Shown here one piece after another: positions 56,336-64,000 of a DNA stretch of 64,000 nucleotides (the first letter of the stretch is position 1; every line of letters starts with the position of its first letter). The DNA comes from Solirubrobacterales bacterium (GTDB lineage Bacteria > Actinomycetota > Thermoleophilia > Solirubrobacterales > 70-9). The stretch covers positions 12,232 through 76,231 of the forward strand of contig JBPCKC010000012.1 in the NCBI GenBank assembly GCA_051004675.1, given 5' to 3'. The notes under the pieces are model-generated. The model was not told where the DNA came from, did no database searches, and saw only the letters and a program-made list of their open reading frames with translations. Position numbers and translations under genes: made by a program.

Positions 56336-58183
56336 GTGCCCATCGGCAGCATCCGCATCCAAGCTCCGGTCGTGCTCGCGACGGCGCTGGCGCTTGCCTC
56401 GCCGCAACCCGCCGGCGCCGCCCCCGACCCGCTCGCCGGGCTGAAGGCCGGCTGCGAGCGGCGCGAGAGCGCCGAGGCCGACCCCTCGCGCCGGTTCGAG
56501 TACCGGATCTGCAGCGGCATGGTCGAGAGCTTCGACGACACCGCGCTGGATACGACGCTGACCCTGCCGGTCGGTGCCGGTGGCCGCCGGCTGCCACTCG
56601 TCGTCTTCCTGCACGGCTTCCTCGACTCGAAGACCGAGTACATGAGCGAGACCCGGCGGGGCCGGGGACCCGACCGGGCCGGCGTGGAGTACAAGACGGT
56701 GGGCTGGAACAACCTCTGGTTCGCCTCGCGGGGCTACGCGGTGCTCAACTACAGCGCCCGCGGCAACGGGGACTCGGCCGGCCAGATCGGCCTGGCGAGT
56801 AAGGACCTCGAGGTCGAGGACACCCGCCACCTCACCGGCCTGCTTGCCGACGACCGCGACAGCTCCAAACCGCTGGCACGGATCAGGCCGCGCCGGATCG
56901 CCGCGCTGGGAAGCTCCTACGGCGGCGGGCAGACCTGGCTTCTGCTCACCACCCGCGGCGAGGGGGCCCCTGCATACGGCAGCTGGCTAAGCCCCTCCGG
57001 AAGGACGCTGGAGCTCGCCGCGGCGGTGCCGCAGTACACCTGGACCGACCTCCTCTACGCCCTGGCGCCGAGCGGCCACCATCTCTCCTCGGGCGTCGAC
57101 CGGGCGACGGCCACGGAGCCGTTCGGGGTCGGCAAGCAGACCCTGGTCGACGGCTTTCTCGCCACCGCCGGGACCAAGTTCACCCCGGAGGTCGTCTCCT
57201 GGCTTGCGCGCTTCAACGTCGGCGAGCCCTACGACGATCCCAACGACCCGATCACCCCGACCGCAAAGCGCGAGCTGACCGAGCGGCGCTCGGCCTTCTA
57301 CCAGGACGGATTCTTCCGGGCGCTCGATCGGGGGCGCGTGCGGCGGGTTCCGGTGCTCGCCGCGCAGGGCTGGACGGACCCGATCTTCACCGCGATCGAG
57401 CCGCTGCGGATGTACCGCGAGCTGCGCGCCGCCGACCCCCGTTACCCGATCGGCATGTACTTCGGCGACTTTGAGCACCTCACCGCCCAGGTCAAGATCC
57501 CCGACCTGCGCCACTTCCACGCGCTCGGCACCCGGATGCTCGACCACTACCTGCTCAGCCGCGGGCCCAGGCCTCGGCTCGACGTCTCCTCGGCGGTCAC
57601 CCGCTGCGATCCCGAGCGCTTCGGCCCGGTCCTGAAAGCCCGAAGCTGGGGTCGGCTGCACCCGATCGAGCGCCGCTTCGACTTCGGCGGGACCCAGCAG
57701 ACGATCTCGCCGCTGAACGACCCGCGCGGGCCGCAGCTCGATCCCGTGGCCCTCTCCCAGACGGGGCGCGGGTGCATTCGCACCAGCGCAGCCGCTCCGC
57801 CGGGCGTCGCCACCTACACCGTGCCCGTCACGCGGGCGTTCACGACCGCCGGCCTGCCCCGGCTGCGAATCGACTACACGGCGGTGACGCCCGACATCGA
57901 GCTCAACAGCCGGCTCTGGGACGTGGCGCCCGACGGCACCTGGACGCTGGTTGACCGCGGCGCCTACCGGGCTGTCTCGCCGGATCCGACCGGAGACGTC
58001 GCCGCCTACGAGATGTTCGGCAACTCCTGGCGCTTCCGCCGCGGGCACCAGATCCTGCTCGAGATCGTGCAGGACGACTCGACCTATCTGCGGCGCGACA
58101 ACTTCGCCTCGACCGCGACGATCAGCCACGTCACGCTGACGCTTCCGGTAGCGCGGCTCTCCCGCGACCGTGCTGGTGCATGA
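56336..58183 (+). CDS. CocE/NonD-family (S15 X-Pro dipeptidyl-peptidase-like) alpha/beta hydrolase, secreted
   Basis: Signal-like N-terminus from GTG 56336. LPLVVFLHGF, nucleophile elbow LGSSYGGGQ, and C-terminal ..NSWRFRRGHQILLEIVQDD typical of the PepX_C jelly-roll. Confidence 0.75.
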   Translation: MPIGSIRIQAPVVLATALALASPQPAGAAPDPLAGLKAGCERRESAEADPSRRFEYRICSGMVESFDDTALDTTLTLPVGAGGRRLPLVVFLHGFLDSKTEYMSETRRGRGPDRAGVEYKTVGWNNLWFASRGYAVLNYSARGNGDSAGQIGLASKDLEVEDTRHLTGLLADDRDSSKPLARIRPRRIAALGSSYGGGQTWLLLTTRGEGAPAYGSWLSPSGRTLELAAAVPQYTWTDLLYALAPSGHHLSSGVDRATATEPFGVGKQTLVDGFLATAGTKFTPEVVSWLARFNVGEPYDDPNDPITPTAKRELTERRSAFYQDGFFRALDRGRVRRVPVLAAQGWTDPIFTAIEPLRMYRELRAADPRYPIGMYFGDFEHLTAQVKIPDLRHFHALGTRMLDHYLLSRGPRPRLDVSSAVTRCDPERFGPVLKARSWGRLHPIERRFDFGGTQQTISPLNDPRGPQLDPVALSQTGRGCIRTSAAAPPGVATYTVPVTRAFTTAGLPRLRIDYTAVTPDIELNSRLWDVAPDGTWTLVDRGAYRAVSPDPTGDVAAYEMFGNSWRFRRGHQILLEIVQDDSTYLRRDNFASTATISHVTLTLPVARLSRDRAGA

Positions 58184-58433
58184 GGACCACGATCTCCTCG
58201 CCGCAGTCGATCACCTCTTCAAGCGCGACGCGCAGCTCCTCCCAGGCTTCCAGCCTGCGCTCCACGAACTCGAGGAGCCCACGATGTCCGCGATAGACAT
58301 CCCGGGGGTCGAAGGCGGCTATCTCACCGTCCAACCCGGCGGTGTGCAATTGCCGTCCGGAAGAGGGTGGTTCCTCGCCAGACGTTCGATCAGGACCGGC
58401 CGGAGGGTTCGAGAGTCGTCCCATAAGGTCCAT
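58131..58433 (-). pseudogene. 100-aa ORF resembling the middle of an NTF2/SnoaL-like domain (possible remnant)
   Basis: ..FDPRDVYRGHRGLLEFVERRLEAWEELRVALEEVIDCGEEIVVLMHQHGRG.. ATG shares one base with the upstream stop (TGATG). The 3' end overlaps the convergent hydrolase gene by 53 nt. The N- and C-terminal parts do not look NTF2-like. Confidence 0.3.
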
Positions 58434-58774
58434 CAAGTGCTCGCTTGATCTCGCAGCTCGAGTTCGCGTGCCACCAGGAACAGGGGGAACATCACGCTCA
58501 CCGCGATCAGGAGCGACCCGAGGAGATAGACCCAGAGGTGGCGGATCCCCAGCCGCCGTGACTCGACGGCCATGAACACCAAGGCCGCCATCGCGACGAG
58601 GAGCAGGTCGTTCGAGATCGAGGCGGCGGCCGCGTTCTCGTACATGCCGTCGATGAAGCCGCCGAGGCCGCCGTTGTCCTCTTCGGCGAGGAACCTGATG
58701 TTCTGCGACCACGTTGCAACGAGAGCGCCGAGCGCGATCAGGGCGTAGGCCCAGCACAGGGTCTTGGTTCGCAT
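58433..58774 (-). CDS. DUF2834-like small membrane protein
   Basis: MRTKTLCWAYALIALGALVATWSQNIRF...NDLLLVAMAALVFMAVESRRLGIRHLWVYLLGSLLIAVSVMFPLFLVARE. Start at ATG 58774. Confidence 0.6.
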   Translation of the reverse strand: MRTKTLCWAYALIALGALVATWSQNIRFLAEEDNGGLGGFIDGMYENAAAASISNDLLLVAMAALVFMAVESRRLGIRHLWVYLLGSLLIAVSVMFPLFLVARELELRDQAST

Positions 58775-58842
58775 GCCGCGGAGACTAAGGCTCACCACGG
58801 CTTCCCGACCTCCGCGGAACGAACCTCGGATAGGCTCTCGGC

Positions 58843-59514
58843 GTGAAGCAGCTCGCCGACGGCGTCTGGCATCTGAACACGCTCTTCCTCCCCAACGGGG
58901 TGAACGCCTTCCTGGCCGGCGACGTCCTGATCGACGCGGGCACGAGGCGTTCCGGCAAGGGCATCCTGCGCGACCTCGAAGGGCACCCCGTCGCTGCCCA
59001 CGCCCTCACCCATGCGCATCCCGACCATCAGGGCGCCTCGCATGAGGTCTGCACCGCCCTGGGGATCCCGTATTGGGTGCCCGACGGCGACGTCGAGCCG
59101 GCCGAGGACCCCAGCCTGATCGGCGAACGCCAGCCAGACCACTTTCTCGCCCGGTTCTTCGACCGCGTCTTCACGGGCCCCGGGCACAAGGTCGACCGGG
59201 TCCTTGTGGAGGGCGATGAGGTCGCGGGCTTCAAGGTCATCTCCGCCCCGGGGCACTCGGCCGGCCACGTCGTTTTCTGGCGTGCGTCGGACGGTGTCCT
59301 CATCCTCGGTGACGTGCTCAACAACATGGACGTCGTCACCGGCATCCCCGGCCTGCGCCTCCCCAAGGACTTCCTCACGCCCGACCCCGACCAAAACCGC
59401 CGCTCCGCCAAGAAGCTCGCGGCGCTCGAGCCCAAGCTCGTCCTCTTTGGCCACGGTGGCCCGCTGCGCGACACGAAGAAGTTCGTCGACTTCCTGAACG
59501 CCCTCCCGGACTGA
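58843..59514 (+). CDS. MBL-fold metallo-hydrolase
   Basis: NAFLAGDVLIDAGT, HAHPDHQG (HxHxDH), APGHSAGH and FGHG motifs. Confidence 0.88.
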   Translation: MKQLADGVWHLNTLFLPNGVNAFLAGDVLIDAGTRRSGKGILRDLEGHPVAAHALTHAHPDHQGASHEVCTALGIPYWVPDGDVEPAEDPSLIGERQPDHFLARFFDRVFTGPGHKVDRVLVEGDEVAGFKVISAPGHSAGHVVFWRASDGVLILGDVLNNMDVVTGIPGLRLPKDFLTPDPDQNRRSAKKLAALEPKLVLFGHGGPLRDTKKFVDFLNALPD

Positions 59515-59623
59515 AGCTCAGGCGACGGAGCGGACAGCCACCGGCACCCCGTGCCTGGGCGCCAGCGTGATGCCGCGGAGGACGACCGGGTCGGGCGCCG
59601 CCCCGACGCAGCGCCTACCGGAT

Positions 59624-59654
59624 GGAATCCGGCCCGACTGCCGGGCCGGATTCC
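59624..59654. terminator. perfect 13-bp hairpin between convergent genes
   Basis: GGAATCCGGCCCG (59624-59636), loop actgc, CGGGCCGGATTCC (59642-59654). Confidence 0.5.
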
Positions 59655-59755
59655 TCCCCGTGGCGGCGGGGCGAGGCTTGGGGCGCCGGTTGGGAGCTTG
59701 ACCCTGCGGCGCTCGCTGCCGACTCGACCGCGCGCGTGGGCGGTCCCGGCTCGAT

Positions 59756-59977
59756 CTAGCCGCCGCCTATCGGACGCCGCAGGACGACCAGATCCGCCTC
59801 GGCCGGAAGCTCGCGAACGACCTCGGCGGTGTCGTCGGGGTGGATCAAGGACGCGACCATGCCGCGCTCCAACTCGGCCCTGAAGGCCGCGACCGCCGCC
59901 TCGTGGCCGCCGTCGGCCGAGGTCCACTCGCCCAGCGTCGTGTGCCCCGTCCGATCAAGCCGCACCAACCGTGCCAT
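59756..59977 (-). CDS. hypothetical 73-aa protein
   Basis: MARLVRLDRTGHTTLGEWTSADGGHEAAVAAFRAELERGMVASLIHPDDTAEVVRELPAEADLVVLRRPIGGG. Strong SD GGAGGAGG 6 nt upstream of ATG 59977. High GC3. Confidence 0.6.
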   Translation of the reverse strand: MARLVRLDRTGHTTLGEWTSADGGHEAAVAAFRAELERGMVASLIHPDDTAEVVRELPAEADLVVLRRPIGGG

Positions 59978-60073
59978 CGCAACCTCCTCCGACGCTCCCG
60001 AAGCCAGTCTACGCCTGCAGGCGAGCATGCCCGTGTGGTCGCCGTCACCCGTCCCCGCCCTAAGATCGCGCCG

Positions 60074-62557
60074 GTGGAGCGCTACGACCCGCACGCGATC
60101 GAGCGCCGCTGGCAGGCGGTGTGGGAGTCCGAGAAGACCTGGGAGGTCGCCAACCCAGGCGAGCCCGGGTTCGTGGCCGAGGGGCCCAAGGACTACGTGC
60201 TCGAGATGCTTCCCTACCCCTCGGGCGAGCCCCACATCGGGCACCTGAATGTCTACTCCGTGGGCGACGCCATCGCTCACTTCCGCCGCCGCCAGGGGCG
60301 CCAGGTGATTCATCCGATGGGCTACGACGCCTTCGGCCTGCCCGCGGAGAACAACGCCATCAAGACCGGCGAGCACCCGCGGGTCGCCACGCAGGCGTCA
60401 ATCGAGGAATTCCGGCGCCAGTTCCGGACCTGGGGCGTCTCCCTGGACTGGTCGCGCGAGGTGGCAACCTGCGACCCCTCGTATTACCGCTGGACACAGT
60501 GGCTCTTCCTGCGCTTCTTCGAGCAGGGCCTGGCCTACCGCGAAGAGGCGCCCGTGCAGTGGTGCCCGGTGGACCAGACCGTCCTCGCCAACGAGCAGGT
60601 CATCGACGGCAAGTGCGAGCGCTGCGGCTCGGAGGTCGTCTCCCGCAGGCTCGAGCAGTGGTGGTTCAAGATCACCGACTACGCGGATCGCCTGCTGGCC
60701 GACTTCGACCTCCTGGAGAGCTGGCCGGAGTACGTCGTGACGATGCAGCGCAATTGGATCGGCCGCTCGGAGGGCGCGGAGGTCGTGTTCCGCTGCGAAA
60801 AGCTCGACCTCGATTTCCCGGTCTTCACCACCCGTCCCGACACGCTGTTCGGCGCGACGTTCTTCGTCCTCGCGCCGGAGCACCCGGCGCTCGAGCGCCT
60901 CGTCGCGGAGACCGGGCAGGAGGTTGCCGTTCGCGAGTACATCGACGAGGCCGCACGCGCCTCCGCCGAGGACCGCGGGGCCGAGGACCGGCCGAAGACG
61001 GGCGTGCCGCTGGGCCGAACCGTCACCAATCCGGTGAACGGCGAGGAGATCCCGGTGTTCGTGGCCGACTACGTGCTGACGGACTACGGCACCGGCGCTC
61101 TGATGGCGGTGCCGGCGCACGACGCCCGCGACCACGCGTTCGCGAAGGCCTTCGACCTCGAGATCCGGGAGGCGGTGGCCGGGGGCGAGGACGTGCAAGC
61201 GGCGCCCTACCTCGGCGACGGGCCCCTGGTCAACTCGGGCCGCTTCGACGGCGCCGGCAACCGCGAGGCGTACGGCGACATCGTCGAGTGGCTGGACACC
61301 GAGGGCAGGGGATCGACAACCGTCAACTACCGGCTTCGCGACTGGCTGCTCTCCCGCCAGCGCTACTGGGGCTGCCCGATCCCGATCGTCCACTGCCGGG
61401 GATGCGGGCTCGTGCCCGTACCCGACGACCAGCTCCCGATCGAGCTGCCCGAGATCGAGGACTACACGCCGAAGGGCAAGAGCCCGCTGGCGTCGGTGCC
61501 GGAGTGGGTGGCGACCACCTGCCCCCGGTGCGGGGAGGAGGCCGAGCGCGACACCGACACCATGGACACCTTCGTCGATTCGTCCTGGTACTACCTGCGT
61601 TACCTCGACCCGCAGAACGCCGAGGCCCCGTGGAGCCGCACCGCGGTGGACCACTGGATGCCGATCGACCAGTACATCGGCGGGGTCGAGCACGCGATCC
61701 TCCACCTGCTCTACTCGCGGTTCTTCTGCAAGGCGCTCACGGACATGGGACACCTGGACGTGGAGGAACCCTTCGTGAACCTCTTCGCCCAGGGGATGAT
61801 CACCCGCGACGGCGCGAAGATGTCCAAGTCGAAGGGCAACACGGTCAACCCGCGCGAGTACGTGGAGCGCTACGGCGCGGACACCTGTCGCACCTACATC
61901 TGCTTCATCGGGCCGCCCGACCGGGAGGCCGACTGGACCGACCAGGGCCTGGAGGGCGTCCAGCGGTTTCTCTCCCGTCTCTGGCGCCTGAAGGAGGAGG
62001 TCGTCGAGCGCACGGACCAGGGCGCGGGCAAGCCAGACGCCGAAAGCGCGCGGGGAGACACACGCGAGCTGCTCGCGAAGGCCCACTGGGCCGTCGACAA
62101 GGTGACTCGCGACTTCACCGGGGGCTTCCAGCTCCACACGGCGATCGCGGCCGTGATGGAGCTGGTAAACGACGCCTACCGGCTGAAGGACGGCCTCTAT
62201 GGCTCGCCCGAGGGCGACGCCGCCGTGCGCTTCGCGACCGCCACCGCGGCCTCGCTGGTCTTTCCGTTCGCGCCCCACCTGGGAGCCGAGGTGTACGAGG
62301 CGATCGAGGGAACGCGGGTCTGGGAGCAGCCGTGGCCCGAGGCGGAGGCATCGCTTTTGGCCAGCGACACCTTCACCCTCGTCGTCCAGGTCAACGGCAA
62401 GCGGCGCGACCAGATCGAGGCGGCCGAGGGCGCCTCGGAGGAGGAGCTGCTGCGCCTCGCGCGCGAGTCCGAGGGAGTCAAGCGCCACCTCGACGGCGGC
62501 GAGATCGTGAAGGAGATCGTCGTCCCGGGCAAGCTCGTGAACCTGGTCGTGCGGTAG
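60074..62557 (+). CDS. leuS: leucine--tRNA ligase
   Basis: ERYDPHAIERRWQAVW, PYPSGEPHIGH (HIGH) and KMSKSKGN (KMSKS). GTG 60074 is chosen because it gives the usual M-x-RYDP start. An upstream GTG is possible. Confidence 0.93.
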   Translation: MERYDPHAIERRWQAVWESEKTWEVANPGEPGFVAEGPKDYVLEMLPYPSGEPHIGHLNVYSVGDAIAHFRRRQGRQVIHPMGYDAFGLPAENNAIKTGEHPRVATQASIEEFRRQFRTWGVSLDWSREVATCDPSYYRWTQWLFLRFFEQGLAYREEAPVQWCPVDQTVLANEQVIDGKCERCGSEVVSRRLEQWWFKITDYADRLLADFDLLESWPEYVVTMQRNWIGRSEGAEVVFRCEKLDLDFPVFTTRPDTLFGATFFVLAPEHPALERLVAETGQEVAVREYIDEAARASAEDRGAEDRPKTGVPLGRTVTNPVNGEEIPVFVADYVLTDYGTGALMAVPAHDARDHAFAKAFDLEIREAVAGGEDVQAAPYLGDGPLVNSGRFDGAGNREAYGDIVEWLDTEGRGSTTVNYRLRDWLLSRQRYWGCPIPIVHCRGCGLVPVPDDQLPIELPEIEDYTPKGKSPLASVPEWVATTCPRCGEEAERDTDTMDTFVDSSWYYLRYLDPQNAEAPWSRTAVDHWMPIDQYIGGVEHAILHLLYSRFFCKALTDMGHLDVEEPFVNLFAQGMITRDGAKMSKSKGNTVNPREYVERYGADTCRTYICFIGPPDREADWTDQGLEGVQRFLSRLWRLKEEVVERTDQGAGKPDAESARGDTRELLAKAHWAVDKVTRDFTGGFQLHTAIAAVMELVNDAYRLKDGLYGSPEGDAAVRFATATAASLVFPFAPHLGAEVYEAIEGTRVWEQPWPEAEASLLASDTFTLVVQVNGKRRDQIEAAEGASEEELLRLARESEGVKRHLDGGEIVKEIVVPGKLVNLVVR

Positions 62558-62646
62558 CGGGAGAGAGGTTTGCCCGCTGCGCCGGGGCCGGAGGCGGGGG
62601 CGGCCTGGGCCACACGGATCCGCACCGGTCTGCTAGAAAGCGCGGC

Positions 62647-63048
62647 GTGCTGGTCAGGCGCTTTGACGAGGCGGCCGTCGCGGACGTGCACCGTCTCCGC
62701 TCGCACCTCCTGATGGATGCGGGGGACCTCGGCTCTCGCCATTGCTCGGTGAACTGGCTGGAGGTGCCGGCGGGCGCCTCTGAGGATCTGCGTTCCCACG
62801 AGGAGGCGGAGCAGGTCTACGTCGTGGTGAAGGGAACCGGCACGATGTCGGCGACCGGCGACACCCAGAGCCTGGGCGAGGGCGACCTCGTGCTGATCCC
62901 CCCGGCTACCGACCACTCCGTAGCCAACGAGGGCGACGCGGTGCTGGCGCTGGTCTCGGTCCAGTCACCGGCGGTCTCGGCCGACGAGCTCTACAGCCGC
63001 CGCCTGGCCACCCAGGCCGCCGGTTACGACGACGAGAACTACGAGTAG
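62647..63048 (+). CDS. cupin domain protein
   Basis: SHEEAEQVYVVVKGTGTMSATGDTQSLGEGDLVLIPPATDHSVANEGD (the two cupin motifs). GTG 62647 is in frame within track ORF 60121..63048. Confidence 0.75.
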   Translation: MLVRRFDEAAVADVHRLRSHLLMDAGDLGSRHCSVNWLEVPAGASEDLRSHEEAEQVYVVVKGTGTMSATGDTQSLGEGDLVLIPPATDHSVANEGDAVLALVSVQSPAVSADELYSRRLATQAAGYDDENYE

Positions 63049-63102
63049 CCGGCTCCCGTCGCGGTGCCCGCGGCGCGAGCGTCCGAGGGCAGGTGGCGTG
63101 CC

Positions 63103-63128
63103 GGCGCTGATTCGGCGCTGATTCGGCG
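63103..63128. promoter_or_regulatory. tandem direct repeat GGCGCTGATTC x2 (+GGCGG) upstream of comEA
   Basis: Units at 63103-63113 and 63114-63124. This places GATTCGGCG twice, 46-65 nt before ATG 63174. Confidence 0.35.
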
Positions 63129-63173
63129 GGGTCTGCGCGCCATCCGTGCGCCGGGCTCGGCCACGCTCGGGCG

Positions 63174-63785
63174 ATGGCCGGCCTCAGCCGACTTCAGCTC
63201 CTCGTGTACGCCGCGGTGGCGGTCGCGGTGCTGCTCATCGGCGCCAGGTGGATTCGCGAGTCCGACCCCGAGGGCGCGGATTCCCGTGGCGTCGCCTACA
63301 CGGCGGAGGCCGCCGGGGAGGACGGTGAAGAGGAGGAGGAGGAGGGCACGTTCGCCGTCTCCGCGGACGGGGAGGACGTGGTCGTCCACGTCGCGGGGGC
63401 GGTTCGCGATCCGGGCGTCTACCGGCTTCCGGAGGGATCGCGGGTAACCGACGCCGTCGAGCGCGCGGGCGGGACTGGCCCGGGCGCCGCCGCCGACTCG
63501 GTCAACCTGGCGGCTCGTCTGGCGGATGGCCAGCAGATCGTGATCCCCCAGGCTGGTCCTGGCGGCGCCGCGTCCGCGAGCGCGCCCGCCGATGGTCCCA
63601 TCAGCCTTGGGACCGCGACGCTCGAGCAGCTCGACACCATCGACGGGATCGGCCCCGTGACGGCGCAGAGCATCCTCGATTATCGCGACGAGCAGGGTGG
63701 GCTGGGGTCGGTCGATGAGCTCGACCAGGTGAGCGGGATCGGGCCTGCGACGATGGAGGCGCTGCGCGGCCGCCTGCAGCCGTGA
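63174..63785 (+). CDS. comEA: competence protein ComEA (SLBB + helix-hairpin-helix DNA receptor)
   Basis: TM helix, VVVHVAGAVRDPGVYRLPEGSRVTDAVERAGG (SLBB) and LEQLDTIDGIGPVTAQSILDYRDEQGGLGSVDELDQVSGIGPATMEAL (HhH). Confidence 0.9.
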   Translation: MAGLSRLQLLVYAAVAVAVLLIGARWIRESDPEGADSRGVAYTAEAAGEDGEEEEEEGTFAVSADGEDVVVHVAGAVRDPGVYRLPEGSRVTDAVERAGGTGPGAAADSVNLAARLADGQQIVIPQAGPGGAASASAPADGPISLGTATLEQLDTIDGIGPVTAQSILDYRDEQGGLGSVDELDQVSGIGPATMEALRGRLQP

Positions 63786-64000
63786 GGGGGGCCGGCCTCG
63801 GGCCGCGCCTCGTCGTACTCGGGGGCATCGTGGCGGGGCTCGGTCTCGCCCCGTTCGTCCCCGGCCCACCGCCAGGGATCGCCCTGATCCTCGTCCTCGC
63901 GCCGGCGGCCTGCCTGTGGGGTGTGGCTCGCACGGCGGCGCGCGTGGCCGCGCTCACGATCGTCGCGGCGGCGGGTGGGCTGTGGCTCGGGTGCGCCCGC
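63782..64000 (+). CDS. comEC: ComEC/Rec2-family membrane protein, N-terminal fragment (runs off window)
   Basis: GTGA overlap with comEA. The hydrophobic N-terminus VRGAGLGPRLVVLGGIVAGLGLAPFVPGPPPGIALILVLAPAACLWGV.. stays open to the window end. Called mostly from position. Confidence 0.6.
   Translation, partial: MRGAGLGPRLVVLGGIVAGLGLAPFVPGPPPGIALILVLAPAACLWGVARTAARVAALTIVAAAGGLWLGCAR

Noticed and set aside
58170-58448. 92-aa plus-strand ORF after the hydrolase gene
   Set aside because: It has no motif and poorer codon usage. The minus frame here has a TGATG-coupled start and an NTF2-like core, so the minus-strand call is preferred, itself at low confidence.
59551-59883. 110-aa Arg/Pro-rich plus-strand ORF in the MBL / small-gene spacer
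   Set aside because: Its composition is typical of a non-coding GC-rich frame. It spans a perfect 13-bp terminator-like hairpin and the antisense of the SD-preceded 73-aa gene.
53079-59977. tRNA-Ala-adjacent genomic island (S8 peptidase, CocE/NonD hydrolase, DUF2834, MBL hydrolase)
   Set aside because: I saw no integrase, no direct repeat of the tRNA 3' end and no obvious compositional shift. The genes look like ordinary accessory hydrolases.
60121-63048. 975-aa plus-strand ORF and the 696-aa minus ORF 60398..62488
   Set aside because: These are an alternative frame and the antisense of leuS (HIGH and KMSKS motifs in the 59840/60074 frame). Only the last 402 nt of the 60121 frame (the cupin gene from GTG 62647) looks genuinely coding.

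Overview
High-GC (roughly 70%) chromosomal segment of actinobacterial type, and almost entirely core housekeeping. The gene order matches the classic Actinomycetota backbone: tig-clpP-clpX, then valS-folC-ndk-(maf)-mreC-mreD-pbp2-rodA-rne-rplU-rpmA-obg-proB-proA-nadD-rsfS, then leuS-comEA-comEC. There is one tRNA-Ala(GGC). I saw no rRNA, CRISPR array, IS element, integrase, prophage or recognisable defence or toxin module, and no convincing multi-gene novel system. Most very long ORFs in the track (for example 11742..14105-, 21226..24321-, 43808..47491-, 53659..56298+) are antisense or off-frame artefacts of the GC content.

What stands out instead:
1. A 1210-aa Ala/Glu/Arg coiled-coil protein ends in a ComEA-type helix-hairpin-helix domain and lies downstream of a GT4 glycosyltransferase.
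2. A ~30-nt palindromic REP-like element (GGGGTCAGA..TCTGACCCC) occurs at three loci. One copy is expanded into a 31-bp tandem array after corA. One sits in frame inside obg.
3. An unrelated 48-nt palindrome is inserted in frame in maf.
4. Conserved genes appear to start at CTG: clpX behind a strong SD, and folC and maf at CTGA stop/start overlaps.
5. Several genes have apparent leaderless starts (TANNNT, then 6-8 nt, then ATG).
6. The conserved backbone is interrupted at three places. Two paralogous secreted proteins lie antisense between clpP and clpX. A 1129-aa ceramidase-like/RTX exoprotein lies between obg and proB. mreB is missing from the ndk-mreC junction.
7. A roadblock/LC7-like gene plus a coupled 71-aa gene lie ahead of tldD-pmbA.
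8. An ECF sigma factor is translationally coupled to an N-terminally extended Ogt.
9. A GATTCGGCG motif is shared by the regions upstream of the flp-like pilin gene and of comEA.

All calls come from reading translations and motifs by eye. No searches were run, and hairpin and repeat coordinates were counted by hand.
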